Below are positions 25,969-40,636 of a stretch of 64,000 bases of DNA, one piece after another (the first letter of the stretch is position 1; every line of letters starts with the position of its first letter). Origin of the DNA: Octopus vulgaris (Eukaryota); the NCBI GenBank assembly GCA_951406725.2, contig OX597826.1:40300001-40364000 (forward strand), in the 5' to 3' direction. Below the pieces are notes generated by a model that did not search any database, was not told the origin of the DNA, and worked only from the letters and a program-made list of their open reading frames with translations. The translations under genes were made by a program, and so were the position numbers.

Positions 25969-26088
25969 AATAAGTCTTCTTATCGCCAAAATCGGCTACA
26001 CGACTTTCCTCGCTAGTTATCAAGGTATGAAAAATGATGTAGCCTTGTGTAAAAGTATTGTACGTTGGGTGTGGGATATTACTACAAC

Positions 26089-26141
<53 letters not shown>

Positions 26142-27390
26142 CTAATAAATTTGGAGAAGCTAACTGAATTTTGAATGGCGTTGTGAGAAACTCATTAAAA
26201 TATTCGGGTACCAGACGATCTTTTGAAGTTTAAAAGAGTAAACTGCGAAAGTGAGTGAAGAAAAAGAATTTTTAATTTAAAAAGACCGAGGAAACAGAAT
26301 ACTAAAAAAAAATCACAGATAATGAAGAAAGCTGCCTAAAGAGAGGGATATGGGTGTAGTAAGAATAATTCCAAGTATGACATCAATAAATTGGTAAATT
26401 CATAGGGTGGTAGAATTGGTAAAGTAGATTAAATTGCATTCGTTTAGTTGCTGAGATCAACATCGTTAGGTTATTATTCAGACTATTAATATGTTGGCAC
26501 TATTCTTGAACTATTGTATTGCAGTTGTAGTCGAAAAGAACGTACTAAAACCAGCTGAGAATTCAACGTGACTGATACTGAAATTTATAAGAATTTAAGA
26601 GAGAATTTTATACAATTGAAATTGCTAATAATATTGTGGGAACCTTTTATAGCAAGAAATTTCATATTCATCGTATTCATTCATAACAATATTTGCATTG
26701 GTGTTAAGAATTATAGTTGGCTTTCAAGTTGGAATTACGTTTGAAGTATATATAGTTATGTAGGCCTGCGTTGGAATAGACGGGAATTAATAAAATTTTC
26801 ATTAAAGTTAATTTTAGCAAGTTGATTATTTATTAGATTTTCAGGTAATTATTATTGGTAGATGGCATAAACAGTAGCTTGAGTTATGGCTTTTCTCTGT
26901 GGAACAATTATATATTCATGAAAAATTATACTAACTTCAAGAGTAAAATTACAAAATAGGCTTTAGGAGGGTGTGTTTAGATATATCAGATTATAGCATG
27001 ATATGACATATCATCTAACATGTGGTATGATAAATTATCATATGGATAGTGAAATATGGTATATTTATTATAATAGAAAGACAAACAATACCAGTGTATC
27101 TATTTGAACGAGTGTATTTATTTGAAAAGTTTTATATTCAATTTACGTTATGCGATCAAGTCACATCTTTACAGCTATTTATGCCACTTAACTAGCTGAT
27201 TGTTTATATATTACGCTATTTATGAAAATGAGTGATATATAGAACACAAGAGTGTTACATTTTACGGGAGGAAAATTCAATGGGAGTTTTGATACACATA
27301 TGCATATATACACACAGACATGTATGTACATATATAGATACACACACCCACGCGGTCACACACACATATATATATGTATATATATATGTG

Positions 27391-27478
<88 letters not shown>

Positions 27479-27911
27479 CTCCCCCAACTAAATATGAACA
27501 CACAACTCAATACAGAATATCACTAACCCTTCAATTTAAACCACTAACCCCTATACACTTCCTACACCACTCACATCTCTAAATCCAGAACTACTTACCT
27601 CCTTTACAAATAATCTTTTTTTCTCAGGAACTATTAGACCTGACACCGTGTATTAGCCGGTGTTTTCAAAGCGGTGTTCGCTTTGTTTTCTGACTTTATA
27701 ATCATCTCATAATAGTGACTTTTATTGCTTTTATTACTACCTCAGTCCATCTAAATGTATATATTTGTCGTTACCTGTCATAAAAAGCCTTTTTTTATTT
27801 GCAATGTGCATTTTCGTTGACTTTTCATATTTTACCCTTACATTTCCACGTGTATTTTATATTTTATATTTTATATTGTATATTTTATATTCTCTTTTTG
27901 TTACATATTTC

Positions 27912-28004
<93 letters not shown>

Positions 28005-28118
28005 TGTATATTTTTTTATAAAAAGAAATTAAAACTTTGTGAAATGAAGGCATTTCTCTTCCTCTTTTTTATATGTTTTCCAAATACTTCCACTTCATAA
28101 TTTTGCCATAATTTTACA

Positions 28119-28384
28119 AAGGGTGCAAGTTATCACCAGCATTGCTAGAAATAAGAGCTAAAATAACTCTTAGCTACAAAAAAGAGCATTTTCTATTCAA
28201 TAGAGCACCTTCTATTCAATGACATGGAAGATAGCTTCATAGAATATAAAGTTGCTTTCTGTGGGAAGGCTGTCTCCTCTGTCAGTAAATAAAAAGTGCT
28301 CTGTTGAGCAGAAAATGCTCTGTTCATGGCTATGAATTATTTTGACTCTTATTTTTAGCAATGCAGCTACTCACTTGCACCCTT
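28119..28384. mobile_element. ~265-bp MITE-like foldback element
   Basis: Termini AAGGGTGCAAGT / ACTTGCACCCTT; internal arms pair throughout (GCATTGCTAGAAATAAGAG / CTCTTATTTTTAGCAATGC; AGAGCATTTTCT / AGAAAATGCTCT). Confidence 0.85.
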
Positions 28385-28417
28385 AGTCACTTTTAGTCAC
28401 TATTGTAGTTATGTATG

Positions 28418-28467
<50 letters not shown>

Positions 28468-28554
28468 TAAATTAGAGACAAAACCACTATTGGGCAAATC
28501 AAACAATGAGAGAATACATATATTTATATATATATATGTGTGTGTATATATATG

Positions 28555-28585
<31 letters not shown>

Positions 28586-28599
28586 GTATGTATGTTGTT

Positions 28600-28661
<62 letters not shown>

Positions 28662-29034
28662 GGCGCAGGAGTAGCTGTGTGGTAAGTAGCTTGCTAACCA
28701 AACACATGGTTCCGGGTTCAGTCCCACTGCGTGGCATCTTGGGCAAGTATCTTCTGCTATAGCCCCGGGCCGACCAATGCCTTGTGAGTGGATTTGGTAG
28801 ACGGAAACTGAAAGAAGCCTGTCGTATATATGTATATATATATATGTGTGTGTGTGTGTGTTTGTGTGTCTGTGTTTGTCTCCCTAGCATTGCTTGACAA
28901 CCGATGTGGTTCGGCAAAAGAGACCGATAGAATAAGTACTGGGCTTACAAAGAATAAGTGCCGGAGTCAATTTGCTCGACTAAAGGCGGTGCTCCAGCAT
29001 GGCCGCAGTCAAATGACTGAAACAAGTAAAAGAG
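28662..29034 (+). mobile_element. SINE family A, full head, small internal deletion
   Basis: GGCGCAGGAGTAGCTGTGTGGTAAG...GGTTCAGTCCC...GAAACAAGTAAAAGAG. Confidence 0.95.
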
Positions 29035-29114
29035 TATATGTATGTATGTATGTATGTATGTATGCAGCTGTATGTGTACGCATATATATACATAACATGC
29101 ACATATAAGTATAA

Positions 29115-29310
29115 ATGCGTTTCTGACATAACACTCTTCCAGAAGAAATTGTTGAGACTTCTCATCAATGCTCAGAGTCAATCCCAAGCTATTGTCAATC
29201 TCACCCTTAACTAATCCTCTATAGAAGCCGATAATTGTTTTCCAGCTGCCGGCTTTCTTCAGCTTGTAGAATGCAGTAAACACCAGGCCATATTCCAGAA
29301 ACTAAACGCC
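29115..29310 (-). mobile_element. Possible L1/Tx1-like LINE ORF2 fragment
   Basis: Minus-strand FYRGLVKGEIDNSLGLTLSIDE resembles YYKGFLAGQKADDILV at ~37600 (+); family assignment is from recollection only. Confidence 0.4.
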
Positions 29311-29336
29311 TTTAATAAATATTAAAGTATGCTTAC

Positions 29337-29460
29337 GGAATATTGCAATTAACTCAGTGGAACAAAAATGTAGTTTTAGGATTACACTCTTGTTAAGTAT
29401 TAACGCAGATATCCTATTCTCTTCTTTCAATTTTGTCCGTCCATACACTTGCTTTCCCAT
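29337..29460 (-). CDS. Candidate coding exon (41 codons + 1 nt), unknown product; may be a pseudo-exon
   Basis: AAAA-ATG-G start, open frame MGKQVYGRTKLKEENRISALILNKSVILKLHFCSTELIAIF, then donor GTAAGC (29336-29331); synonymous-biased differences from the paralog at 7218-7343. Confidence 0.35.
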
Positions 29461-30073
29461 TTTTGAATTTATTTATATGTTTTTTTTCTTTTTATATCTT
29501 GTTTTTATACTTCTTTTCCTTTGACTTTTTTAGATAATTATTTACTGGAATCTAATAATCTACTTTGTGTTTATGAGCAGATTTTCTTTTAGAAAACGTT
29601 GATGAAAGTACGACGTACGCCCACAAAAATATAAATAGAACAAATAAATGAATATTATTATTGTTTTTCTAACAACACTAATGGAAGTGCAATTATGTAT
29701 TTATTAAAATTATCTCTCTCTTTCCCCTCTCTTTCTTTCTCTCTCTTTTCCTCCTCTCTCTCTCTCTCTCTTTTTTCTCTCTCTCTCTCCTTCTGATTAA
29801 TCAAGAATTCATTGTTTACCTTGTTTTTGTTTTAATTTCTTGTTATTGTTTTAATTTCTTGTTCTTGATTTGTTTGTTTGTTAATTGTTACCTTCCCTTA
29901 TTATTTTGTATTTTACAATAAAATATTTTTCGTTGAGGTGGGTGAAATAGAGAAATACCAAATCTCAGTTAAATCTTGAAACAATTTATCATCCACTTAA
30001 TACCAATTCTTTTAACGAATATTGGCGCTGGATTTCTCTTGATACTACATTAACAATAATAATAATAATAGTA

Positions 30074-30285
30074 ATCCTTTCTACTAAAGGCAAAAGCTCT
30101 GAAATTTTGGGGAAGGAGACCAGTCGATTATATCGACCCCAGTATTTCACTGGTATTTAATTAATCGACACCGAAAGGATGAAAGGCAAAGTCGACCTCT
30201 GCGGAATTAGAACTCAGAACGTAAGGACGAACGAAATGTTGTTAAGCATTTTGTCCGGCATTCTAATGATTCTGCCAGCTCGCCA
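30074..30285 (-). mobile_element. SINE family B (tail variant 1)
   Basis: TCCTTTCTACTAAAGGC...GAAAGGATGAAAGGCAAAGTCGACCTC...TCTGCCAGCTCGCC. Confidence 0.92.
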
Positions 30286-30311
30286 CTTTCATAATAATAT
30301 TAGTAGTAGTA

Positions 30312-30371
<60 letters not shown>

Positions 30372-30926
30372 GCCCTGATGCAGTACCAGGCAGTGGCTCT
30401 CATGGCTTCTGATCTTAACTGATTGGAAGTGTTATCATGTACATTGTTTTGTCTTGGTATAAAAGATGGGCTACAGCAAATATTCTGCTCAATACCACAG
30501 ATTTGCTTGTCAGTTGTTTGACCTTAACCAGTTGAGCATGTCCCTTAGTAGCTGACGATATGTGCATCTCTGATCACGAGCAGAAGTAGTGGGGGAGCAT
30601 CATAGCCATGTGTTGAGAGGGATTCTTTGGGGTTTGAATAGTTCACCTCTGGAAACATGGGTGGTTCTTTCAACATCCTTAAACAACCCTTATTCAGACA
30701 CCGTTTGAGCGGGATGGGCTACTCAACCTGAAGAAATTTCTAACTGGGCCCCACCTGCAAGGTCATGTGCTGTTTATCTTTATATGAGATCACCATGTCG
30801 CGCACATATGGTTGTGATGCATGTGCCTGGGGTACCTTTATCAGACGGGTAGTCATGATGGGTATATTGGGCTTCGTATATTTTACCCCAGTGTCACTTT
30901 GATGGCATGCTCTGCTCGCTCACTCA
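30372..30926 (+). mobile_element. Full-length ~555-bp family D non-autonomous retroposon embedded in (AAT)n
   Basis: Reference copy for four other fragments in the window; (AAT)n on both sides; no long ORF. Strand inferred from the (TAA)n tails of RLE LINEs here. Confidence 0.88.
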
Positions 30927-30951
30927 ATAATAATAATAATAATAATAAATA

Positions 30952-31327
30952 ATAGCACAAGGCCAACAATTTCGGGAATGTGGTAAAACGGTTACATCGC
31001 CTCCAAGGCTCTGCTGGTACTTATTATATCCACCTCAAAATCATGAAAGGCAAAGTCGACCTCGGCAGAATTAGAACTCAGAACGTAAGGTGGGCGAAAT
31101 GTCGTTAAGCATTTTGTCCGTCATCTTAATGATTCTGCCAGCTCGCCATCTTAATAATAATCATTTCTACTATAGCAACAAGGCCTGAAATTTGTTGGGG
31201 AAGGGACTAGTAGATGATATCGACCCTAGTGTTTCACTGGTACGTAATTTATCGACACCGAAAGGATGAAAGGCAAAGTCGACCTCGGCGGAATTAGAAC
31301 TCAGAATGTAAGGACAGTAGCGGCATT
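30952..31327 (-). mobile_element. Two further tandem SINE family B copies
   Basis: ATGAAAGGCAAAGTCGACCTCGGC.GAATTAGAACTCAGAA occurs at ~31043 and ~31266. Confidence 0.9.
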
Positions 31328-32820
31328 AATTGGGTGCTGGTTGTAGTGGTAGTGGTGTTTACGCTGTTTGTTGCGATGACAGTTATGCCTCTGTTAGTCG
31401 TATATTGTATTTTGTTTTACGATGTCAAAGTTCTGTAAGATCCATTACTACTGTGTACATGTGTGTTTCTCTAAATGCCAGGGTACATATGTGTATATGT
31501 CAATGTATTTGTGTAAGTGTGTGAATGTTTGTAAGTAGGTTATAAAATTGAATTTTTGAAATCAAACAACCATGTATTTCACGAAATCCCAAAGTTCCTC
31601 TGTAAACACTTAGAAAAATTGTATTTATTTTATTCTTATTTTCTTTGCATACTTTATTGTTTATGCTCATATTCCAAATAGGTTTCAACATATCTTACTT
31701 TGATAGAAACTCTTCTTATAAATGTGATAGAATATCTCCCAAACTATTTTATGGACCCTGAGAGCTTTGAATGTTAAATACATCTTTATATCATATTTAT
31801 TTCATACACAAAAAGGGTTTTGGTTTGCTTTTCTTTCATTGATTTAGGTTTTTATTTACTTTCAACTTGAATAAAACACATCGTCATAATATTCGCTTCA
31901 AATATGCCATTGCGTATTTATACTTATATTTTATGTGTGCCTAGATATATATATATGCGCGTGTATGCGTATGTGTGTGTATGCAAACACTCACACGCAC
32001 ACACACATATACATAATATACATACGTATTTTACACTTCACAATCGACATGTAGGTTTTAAATGTTTTCTGCTTCCTTTTAGAAATAGATGAAACTTAAA
32101 GTAAGATAAAAATTATATTATTTTATTATAAACAAACTACAAACTCTTATAATTTTAGTAGATGAGGTGAGAAATGAAGAAAATTATGTCAAACATTAGT
32201 GAGACAGTTTCGCAAGTTTGCAGAAGCTAATCCACAATAGAAACAGCTGATATCTAAGAATGACAATATTTATTAGTTTTAACGAGTTAAGATATATTTT
32301 ATGAGGAAGTGACATTGATGATTTCTTTGTATAGCTCAGTCAGGAAAAAAAAGAGAGTCTCAGGAGCCTGATAAACGCAGTTAGAGTTCGGTTCAATTTT
32401 GATGTGATTGTGCGGAGGATGTACTGCAGGGATCCGCGTCCAAAAAATAATTACGTTTCTAGTTTGTATCACGATCCTTAAAATAATGATTCTCTATCCA
32501 CAACCTAGCTTTCCTTAACTAAAAATATATGAGCCAAAAGTGAATGCCTCTACTGACTCACTCGATGAAGTAATATTAGAAATAGTAGGATGGTCATTAT
32601 TGAAATAACCAGAATTATAGTTCGGGTCCACTTAATCAGTGATTAGTTAAAGATAAACAGCAGCAATAACATCAGGTGCGAAAAGATAGATAACAGTGAA
32701 AAGAGTACACGTGCAAGTTGTCATACTCCATATAATGCAATTCAGCAGCTTGACATGTGGTAACGGAAAGGAACATGCGATATATAATTATGCGTGTGTT
32801 TGTGTGGGAATATGTATGTG

Positions 32821-34043
32821 CATGGTTCGTCACTTCATCCTATGTGGATATCCCCTCGCCACTCTCCACAGCGCTCTTGCCAGAGCACTTCCGTGGACCG
32901 TGCATCTGCTGGGCATGTCTCGCCACTTTATCCTGTGTGGATATCCCCTCACCACTCTCCACACCGCCCTTGCCATAGCACTTCTGTGGACCGTGCAGCT
33001 GCTCTCTCCCCCTGCACCCGCCTCGCCGTCACCCGTCTCCCGTTTCCCCTTATCTCTCCAACACCAGCCTTCTCACACGCACCCATCATCGACCCTATCA
33101 TATCACTTACTCCTTCACCTACACTTCTAGCAACGTCACTTGCTGCATCTCATGCTCTCTGTCCTTCTCTATACATCGGTCAAACGAGAGCAGCTGGCTG
33201 ACCTGTTCGCGGGACACTTCCGAGACTCGGCAAAGACACCCCAGTCTTGCGCCATTTCCGCTCTACCGGTCACTCTTCACAACACATCTCTGTGTTTGGA
33301 TTGTCCTTGCACGGGGGCCATCCGGACTCCCGTCTTCGCCGTGAGCTGGATTTAATCTTCCCTCTTCGCTTCTTTGCGTCACATGGGATCAACTCTCCTC
33401 CCCTCTTCATCTAACCTTCCTCCTCTCCTCTCTTCCCCTCACACCAACTTCCTCACACCCACCTCTGCTCTCTTGCTTTGGCAACTACTTCCTCTCTTCA
33501 CTCCTACCCACCTTCTCCCTTCCATACTGTCCTCCATCGTTACCCACCCTACACATTTCAACCCTACCATGCCTATATATCCCATCTCAACCCCAACCCG
33601 TCCCTTAGACCCTACCCCTGCTTCCCCCACTCTCGCTTCCCGCACACACTAGTACTGACCACTTCGCATGACCTACACCATCATCCACACAACTAGACAT
33701 GCACACACGTCAAGGTCACCAGTCCCCTTCCACACACACACATACACTCTCTCACATACATACGTACGCGCCCCTTCGCTTTGGGATCACCACTACTTTA
33801 TTATCTCCCCTTCTTCCCAGCTCTCCTGTGTGACATCTCTGTCCAGGATTCGCCATGATAGATCGCTAGCCACTAAACCTTTTTCGATTTTCTCTCCCTC
33901 TTCCTTTCTGTGTTTCTTTCTCTCGAAGAGCGTAGGTTCAAAACGCAAAAGACTTTCTCACTTCCCGAGCGTTAAACTAATACATCTGTTCGTTGTTTAC
34001 ACACCCGTCTTCGTCTTTTGTTTTTATGTAAATTATCACTATG
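32821..34043 (+). mobile_element. 5'-truncated Penelope-like element (GIY-YIG endonuclease end + pyrimidine-rich 3' region)
   Basis: HFILCGYPL..LH.AL.RA..VDR (thumb/linker), SNVTCCISCSLCPSLYIGQT, LADLFAGHFRD, PVLRHFRSTGHS, RLRRELDLIF..HGIN match the PLE GIY-YIG domain; frameshifted. Confidence 0.9.
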
Positions 34044-34068
34044 TATATATATATATATATATATAGAC

Positions 34069-34116
<48 letters not shown>

Positions 34117-34117
34117 G

Positions 34118-34149
<32 letters not shown>

Positions 34150-34360
34150 CATATATATGTATGTAGAGGTATATATACATACATACATACATACATACAT
34201 ACATACATACATACATACATACATACATACATACATACATACATACATACATACATACATACATACATACATACATACATACATACATACACACGTACGT
34301 ACGTATGCACTTATAAACGTACACAGAGAAAGAGAACGACAGAGAGACACACACAGACAG
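34043..34360. repeat. (TA)n/(CT)n/(ATAC)n/(CAGA)n microsatellite cluster
   Basis: Directly visible. Confidence 0.97.
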
Positions 34361-34442
34361 ACAAACATAGACATTGGTCAACTCGAAAAGAGCTAACTTA
34401 TTGCTTTGCAATAACAACTGTAATTTCAACAGCAGTTACATT

Positions 34443-34943
34443 TCGTATCATATCAACTTTCAATTAACGAAATATTAGGAATCTATTTTCGATGATAACG
34501 GCTCAGTATAATGCTGGAAGTATCCATGAATAAGGAACCTTTATAAATCTTTACAATCACTTCTCCTTATCTGATCGTCTCCATTTCTCTCGGTTTATCC
34601 ACTTCACATTAATATCCACAACAGTCTATGTTTGAAGATTATTAAAAAATAAACTTAATTACTAATGCTCCTTTTCACCCTGTTGATGGCAGTGAAAAGT
34701 TAATAATTTGATAGCTTCCTCTCACACACTTGACACACGTGATCTCACCCATGTGATTCATCACGTGTAAACTAATAAATGACACAATATGTTGACCTCA
34801 ATTGTTATCGTTTATCAACTAATTGATATTCAGTATCAAAAGCGATTTTCAATCAAACACTCGACCAACTGTTCGTGTGTGATGAATTACATTATAGTGT
34901 AATGATGTTTCCGCTGAAATCAGAAGATGAGAGAATGAAGGAG
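34443..34943. promoter_or_regulatory. Duplicated ~500-bp non-coding element, copy 2
   Basis: Aligns with 23375-23904; TTTATAAA at 34540-34547 and paired CACGTG retained. Confidence 0.4.
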
Positions 34944-35035
34944 TTTCAAGTGGAATTCCTGCATTCACATGCATATAAACACATATACAAAGAGTATATA
35001 TGCATACACACACATATATACACACACACACACGT

Positions 35036-35096
<61 letters not shown>

Positions 35097-35103
35097 TATA
35101 TAC

Positions 35104-36573
<1,470 letters not shown>

Positions 36574-37815
36574 TAAAGGGTTTAAAGACCAAGCAGTACT
36601 CATAGAAACCTCCGTATGGTGATCTAGATCTCTGTGTGTATGTATAGGTAAATGTGTTTGGGGGATCGACCTTGAACTTTGTAAATCATTATAGCTTAAC
36701 ATTTTAACATCCTCTTGTGTCCATTTGTCACAGCGCGTTTATGTCTGCAAACTCACTACCTGAAGTGCGGTCTTGTTTAACCATTAGCTTTCATGATCTT
36801 TTCTTTTGGTATTCCCTCTCGCCACACTTTTGCAATTATTCTCAGGCTAATTTTTGTAAGCTTGTAGGTATTTATTTACTTTGTTTTACTTTAACTTATT
36901 TTTTATCTATTTTTGTATTATTATCTTGTGTTAAAACGATCATGTATTATGCGTTTCTGATATCTCAAACAAGTACGACGTTAACAAGCAAATCAAATGT
37001 CATTTCGTATACAATGAACAGACACAGCTTAATTTGACGGAGAGGGGCATTTAATCCACATAGAATGTTCTGATGAATAAGGTTATTCATTGTCACAATA
37101 GAATTAAAAGTACAAGTAAAGGGCACTTTAGCAACGATGATGAACCTGAATACAAATTTTAAAAAAACAGATGTAAATGTATGGAATATCTTTTTCTCAC
37201 TTCTAATATTATCATATCTTCATACATACATACAGACATGCATACATACTGACATACATACATGTATACAAACATACATACATACATACATACATACATA
37301 CATACATACATACATACATACATACATACATACATACATGTGTGTGCGAGTGGACAGACGAAGGAGAGAGAGGCACTCAATACATTTAGTAGGAGTTATA
37401 AATATTAAGTCTGATTCAGTTCCTTCCTTACGATTTAATGTTTCCTAGGTTCCTTACAGAAACTTAGCTCGTTCAGGCTCAGGTTATCGAATGGAGAGAT
37501 ACAGGAAGTCCAACATGTCTGTGGGAAAACTGGGCTACTATTAATGAAAGTGGGTCACATTTTGTTGTTAGAAGTGAGATCGACATTTCAGCAACACCAG
37601 ATGTATTACAAGGGATTTCTTGCTGGACAGAAAGCTGATGACATCTTGGTGTCTGACATGTCTTTGAAAGAACCTTGAAGATACTTAGGGGCCAGTAGAA
37701 ACAGGCCTGGCAAGGCTACGCGTATGTATATGAGATAAATGACTGGGTGGATGTAGGTGCCTGATGCCTACTCGTATATATTAGCTAGGATATGCGTACC
37801 TATCAGCTGTGCGCT

Positions 37816-38119
37816 GGTGCATATCAGCCGTGCAGGTGCATATCAGCCGTGTAGGTGCATATCAGCCGTGCAAGTGCATATCAGCCGTACAGGTGCATAT
37901 CAGCCGTACAGGTGCATATCAGCCGTACAGGTGCATATCAGCCGTTCAGGTGCATATCAGCCGTGCAGGTGCATATCAGCCGTGCATGTGCATATCAGCC
38001 GTACAGGTGCATATCAGCCGTGCAGGTGCATATCAGCCGTACAGGAGCATATCAGCCGTGCAGGTGCATATCAGCCATGCAGGTGCATATCAGCCGTGCA
38101 GGTGCATATCAGCCGTGTG
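37816..38119. repeat. 19-bp minisatellite, 16 copies (GGTGCATATCAGCCGTRCA)
   Basis: Units start at 37816 and every 19 bp to 38101; degenerate lead-in unit at ~37797. Confidence 0.97.
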
Positions 38120-38462
38120 CGTGAATACGAGGGTCTATATGGCAGCTATGTATATCAGATGCATGTGTAAATTGGTAGTATGAGTGTGTGTGTATACTCA
38201 ATGCAAGTGCGTTTGTGTCTGCTGTATACGCGTGTGTGAGCGAACGTGTTTAGGATGTATGTATAGATGAGTGTGGATATGGATGATTGGTGAACGTATG
38301 TACATTCCTGTACTTAAATGCGAACGTATGAACGAGTCCATGATTTTGTCTGGAAGAATACATATGCGTGCGTACGTTTTCTTTTATCTGGTTTGCAGAA
38401 ACATGTGTTGGTACCATAAACATATGTTGGCATCATAAATTTTGGAAAATTTTAATTAAAGG

Positions 38463-38650
38463 TGTAGGCTCAGGCCTGGCTGCGTTGTAAGAAACCTGTT
38501 TACCATTCATATCGATTCAGGTGCAGTCTCACAGCGTGGCACATTGAGCAAGTTTCTATACTAGCCTCGAGTTGACTAATAGCATATGAGTGAATTTAGT
38601 AGACACGCACTTGGCAATCGGTGAAAACGACGAATAGAATGAGTACCATG
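38463..38650 (+). mobile_element. Old degenerate SINE family A
   Basis: GGTGCAGTCTCACAGCGTGGCACATTGAGCAAGT..TAGCCTCGAG..GAGTGAATTTAGTAGAC. Confidence 0.7.
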
Positions 38651-38838
38651 ACCGCTTTTTTCCATACCTTCAAATTTTACCATAAATCTAAATGCAACTT
38701 AATTAACCTCAGAACACATATCCCCAACACCGCTTAAATAATAACCAACAACCCTAATTGACTTTCCAGTAATTTTTTAACTCTCCAGTCATATTTTAAT
38801 TGTTTAATACTATATGTATGCGGATGTATGTGCGTATG

Positions 38839-38906
<68 letters not shown>

Positions 38907-40016
38907 CGCGCGAATGCGTGTGTGCGTGCCTGTATACATGTATATGTGCGCACGTGTACGTGTATATGCATGTATTTATGGGTATGCATGTGTGCGCATA
39001 TATATATATGTGTGTATGGATGGATATGTATTATTGTATATGTATGCGTATACATGCGTATGCATGCGTATGTATGTATATGTATGTGCGTGTATATGTA
39101 TGTGTGTGTATGTGTATGTATATGCTTGCATGCGTACGGGTTTAAATACACAAGTATGCAAGCCTCTATAATAATGCACACACACACACACACACACACA
39201 TATGTACATGTGTGTGTATCCATACACACTTCTTTCTTTCTCTCTCTCTCTCTGATTCTCCCACTCACGCTATCACATTAGCCAGTAGAATAAACGCCTA
39301 AGTCTATTGATAGTAACTTCAATAGTCTTAATATTCTTCCCTTCCAGTTTGTAGTTTACTACTCACTTTAGAAAAAAACCGTTTCTATACCTTTTTCTGT
39401 ACCCTTCCCTTAATGCCATTCTAACACGTCACCCCCACCACGCACATATTCATTACTTACATTCTGATCTCTTCCTACCCTTTTCTTACTTCTCTCCAAT
39501 CTCCCCTCATAATTTCTTGACCACTGACTAACACTCCTTTTTTCACTTCTTTGCACCTTTTTTCACTTTCTCGTCTTGTTTTCATTTTCTCTTCCTCTTT
39601 CTTTCCTTCTTCTTTTCTGCCCTTTTCCTTTGACCTCTCTCTTCATTTTAACTTACACATCTCTTCTCCCCTCTCTATCCACTTAATACTACCAATACAT
39701 TTTCAAATGTCCATTCAAACCGCAAGACACCTTTGAATGAACAGCACATGGAATTTACATTTCCACACTTTGCAAAATAAGAACTCCTATTGGAGTTTAC
39801 TTAACATGGATAGAAAGCATTTCTACTACTTCTACACTCCACTTTCCACACAGGTTTTGTCTACAGCTGTGACAAAAAGCTTTCAAAATGTGCCATTTTG
39901 TAAGTTCGAACAAGAATCTATATGACTACGACGGAAACTTCTAAACCACACGACTGTGAATAAATTTAGGGGTGCTCCTCAGAGACAAAAAAATCCTTAT
40001 CGAAATACACACACAC

Positions 40017-40105
<89 letters not shown>

Positions 40106-40585
40106 ATATATATACATATGCATATACATATATATGATGAGTTACTAAAAACCGAGTAACTTTGGAAATGAGTTTAACAAGAAAGAATGCGTTATACATA
40201 TATTCCTTCCTGTTAAACTTTGATCAAATTCCTCTCAGGTCTTTCCTGTTTTCAATCATTTTGGTTGATTACCCATGTCGTACATAATACTTCTTTGAGA
40301 AGATATATCAGCATTCTCAGGTGCAAGTTGAATAAATAACAATGATTCCTTGAATTTTATTCTTTATATTTTACTTCAATAAAGAGACAAATTCATGACT
40401 ACATTAATATGGAGAAATATCTCTATAAAGTAACTGAAACTTAATCGCAGAGGACTCTGAGATTGTTTCTGTAATTAGTTTCCCTTTCTTTCATACTTCT
40501 CTCTTCTTTTCACTTGCTCTCACTCTTTCACTTTTCATTTTCTCTCTCTCACTTTCTGCCTTTCTCTCTCTCTTTCACTTTTTCA

Positions 40586-40636
<51 letters not shown>

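Noticed and set aside
37816-38119. CRISPR-like array
   Set aside because: Units are head-to-tail with no unique spacers, no cas genes, and the context is eukaryotic.
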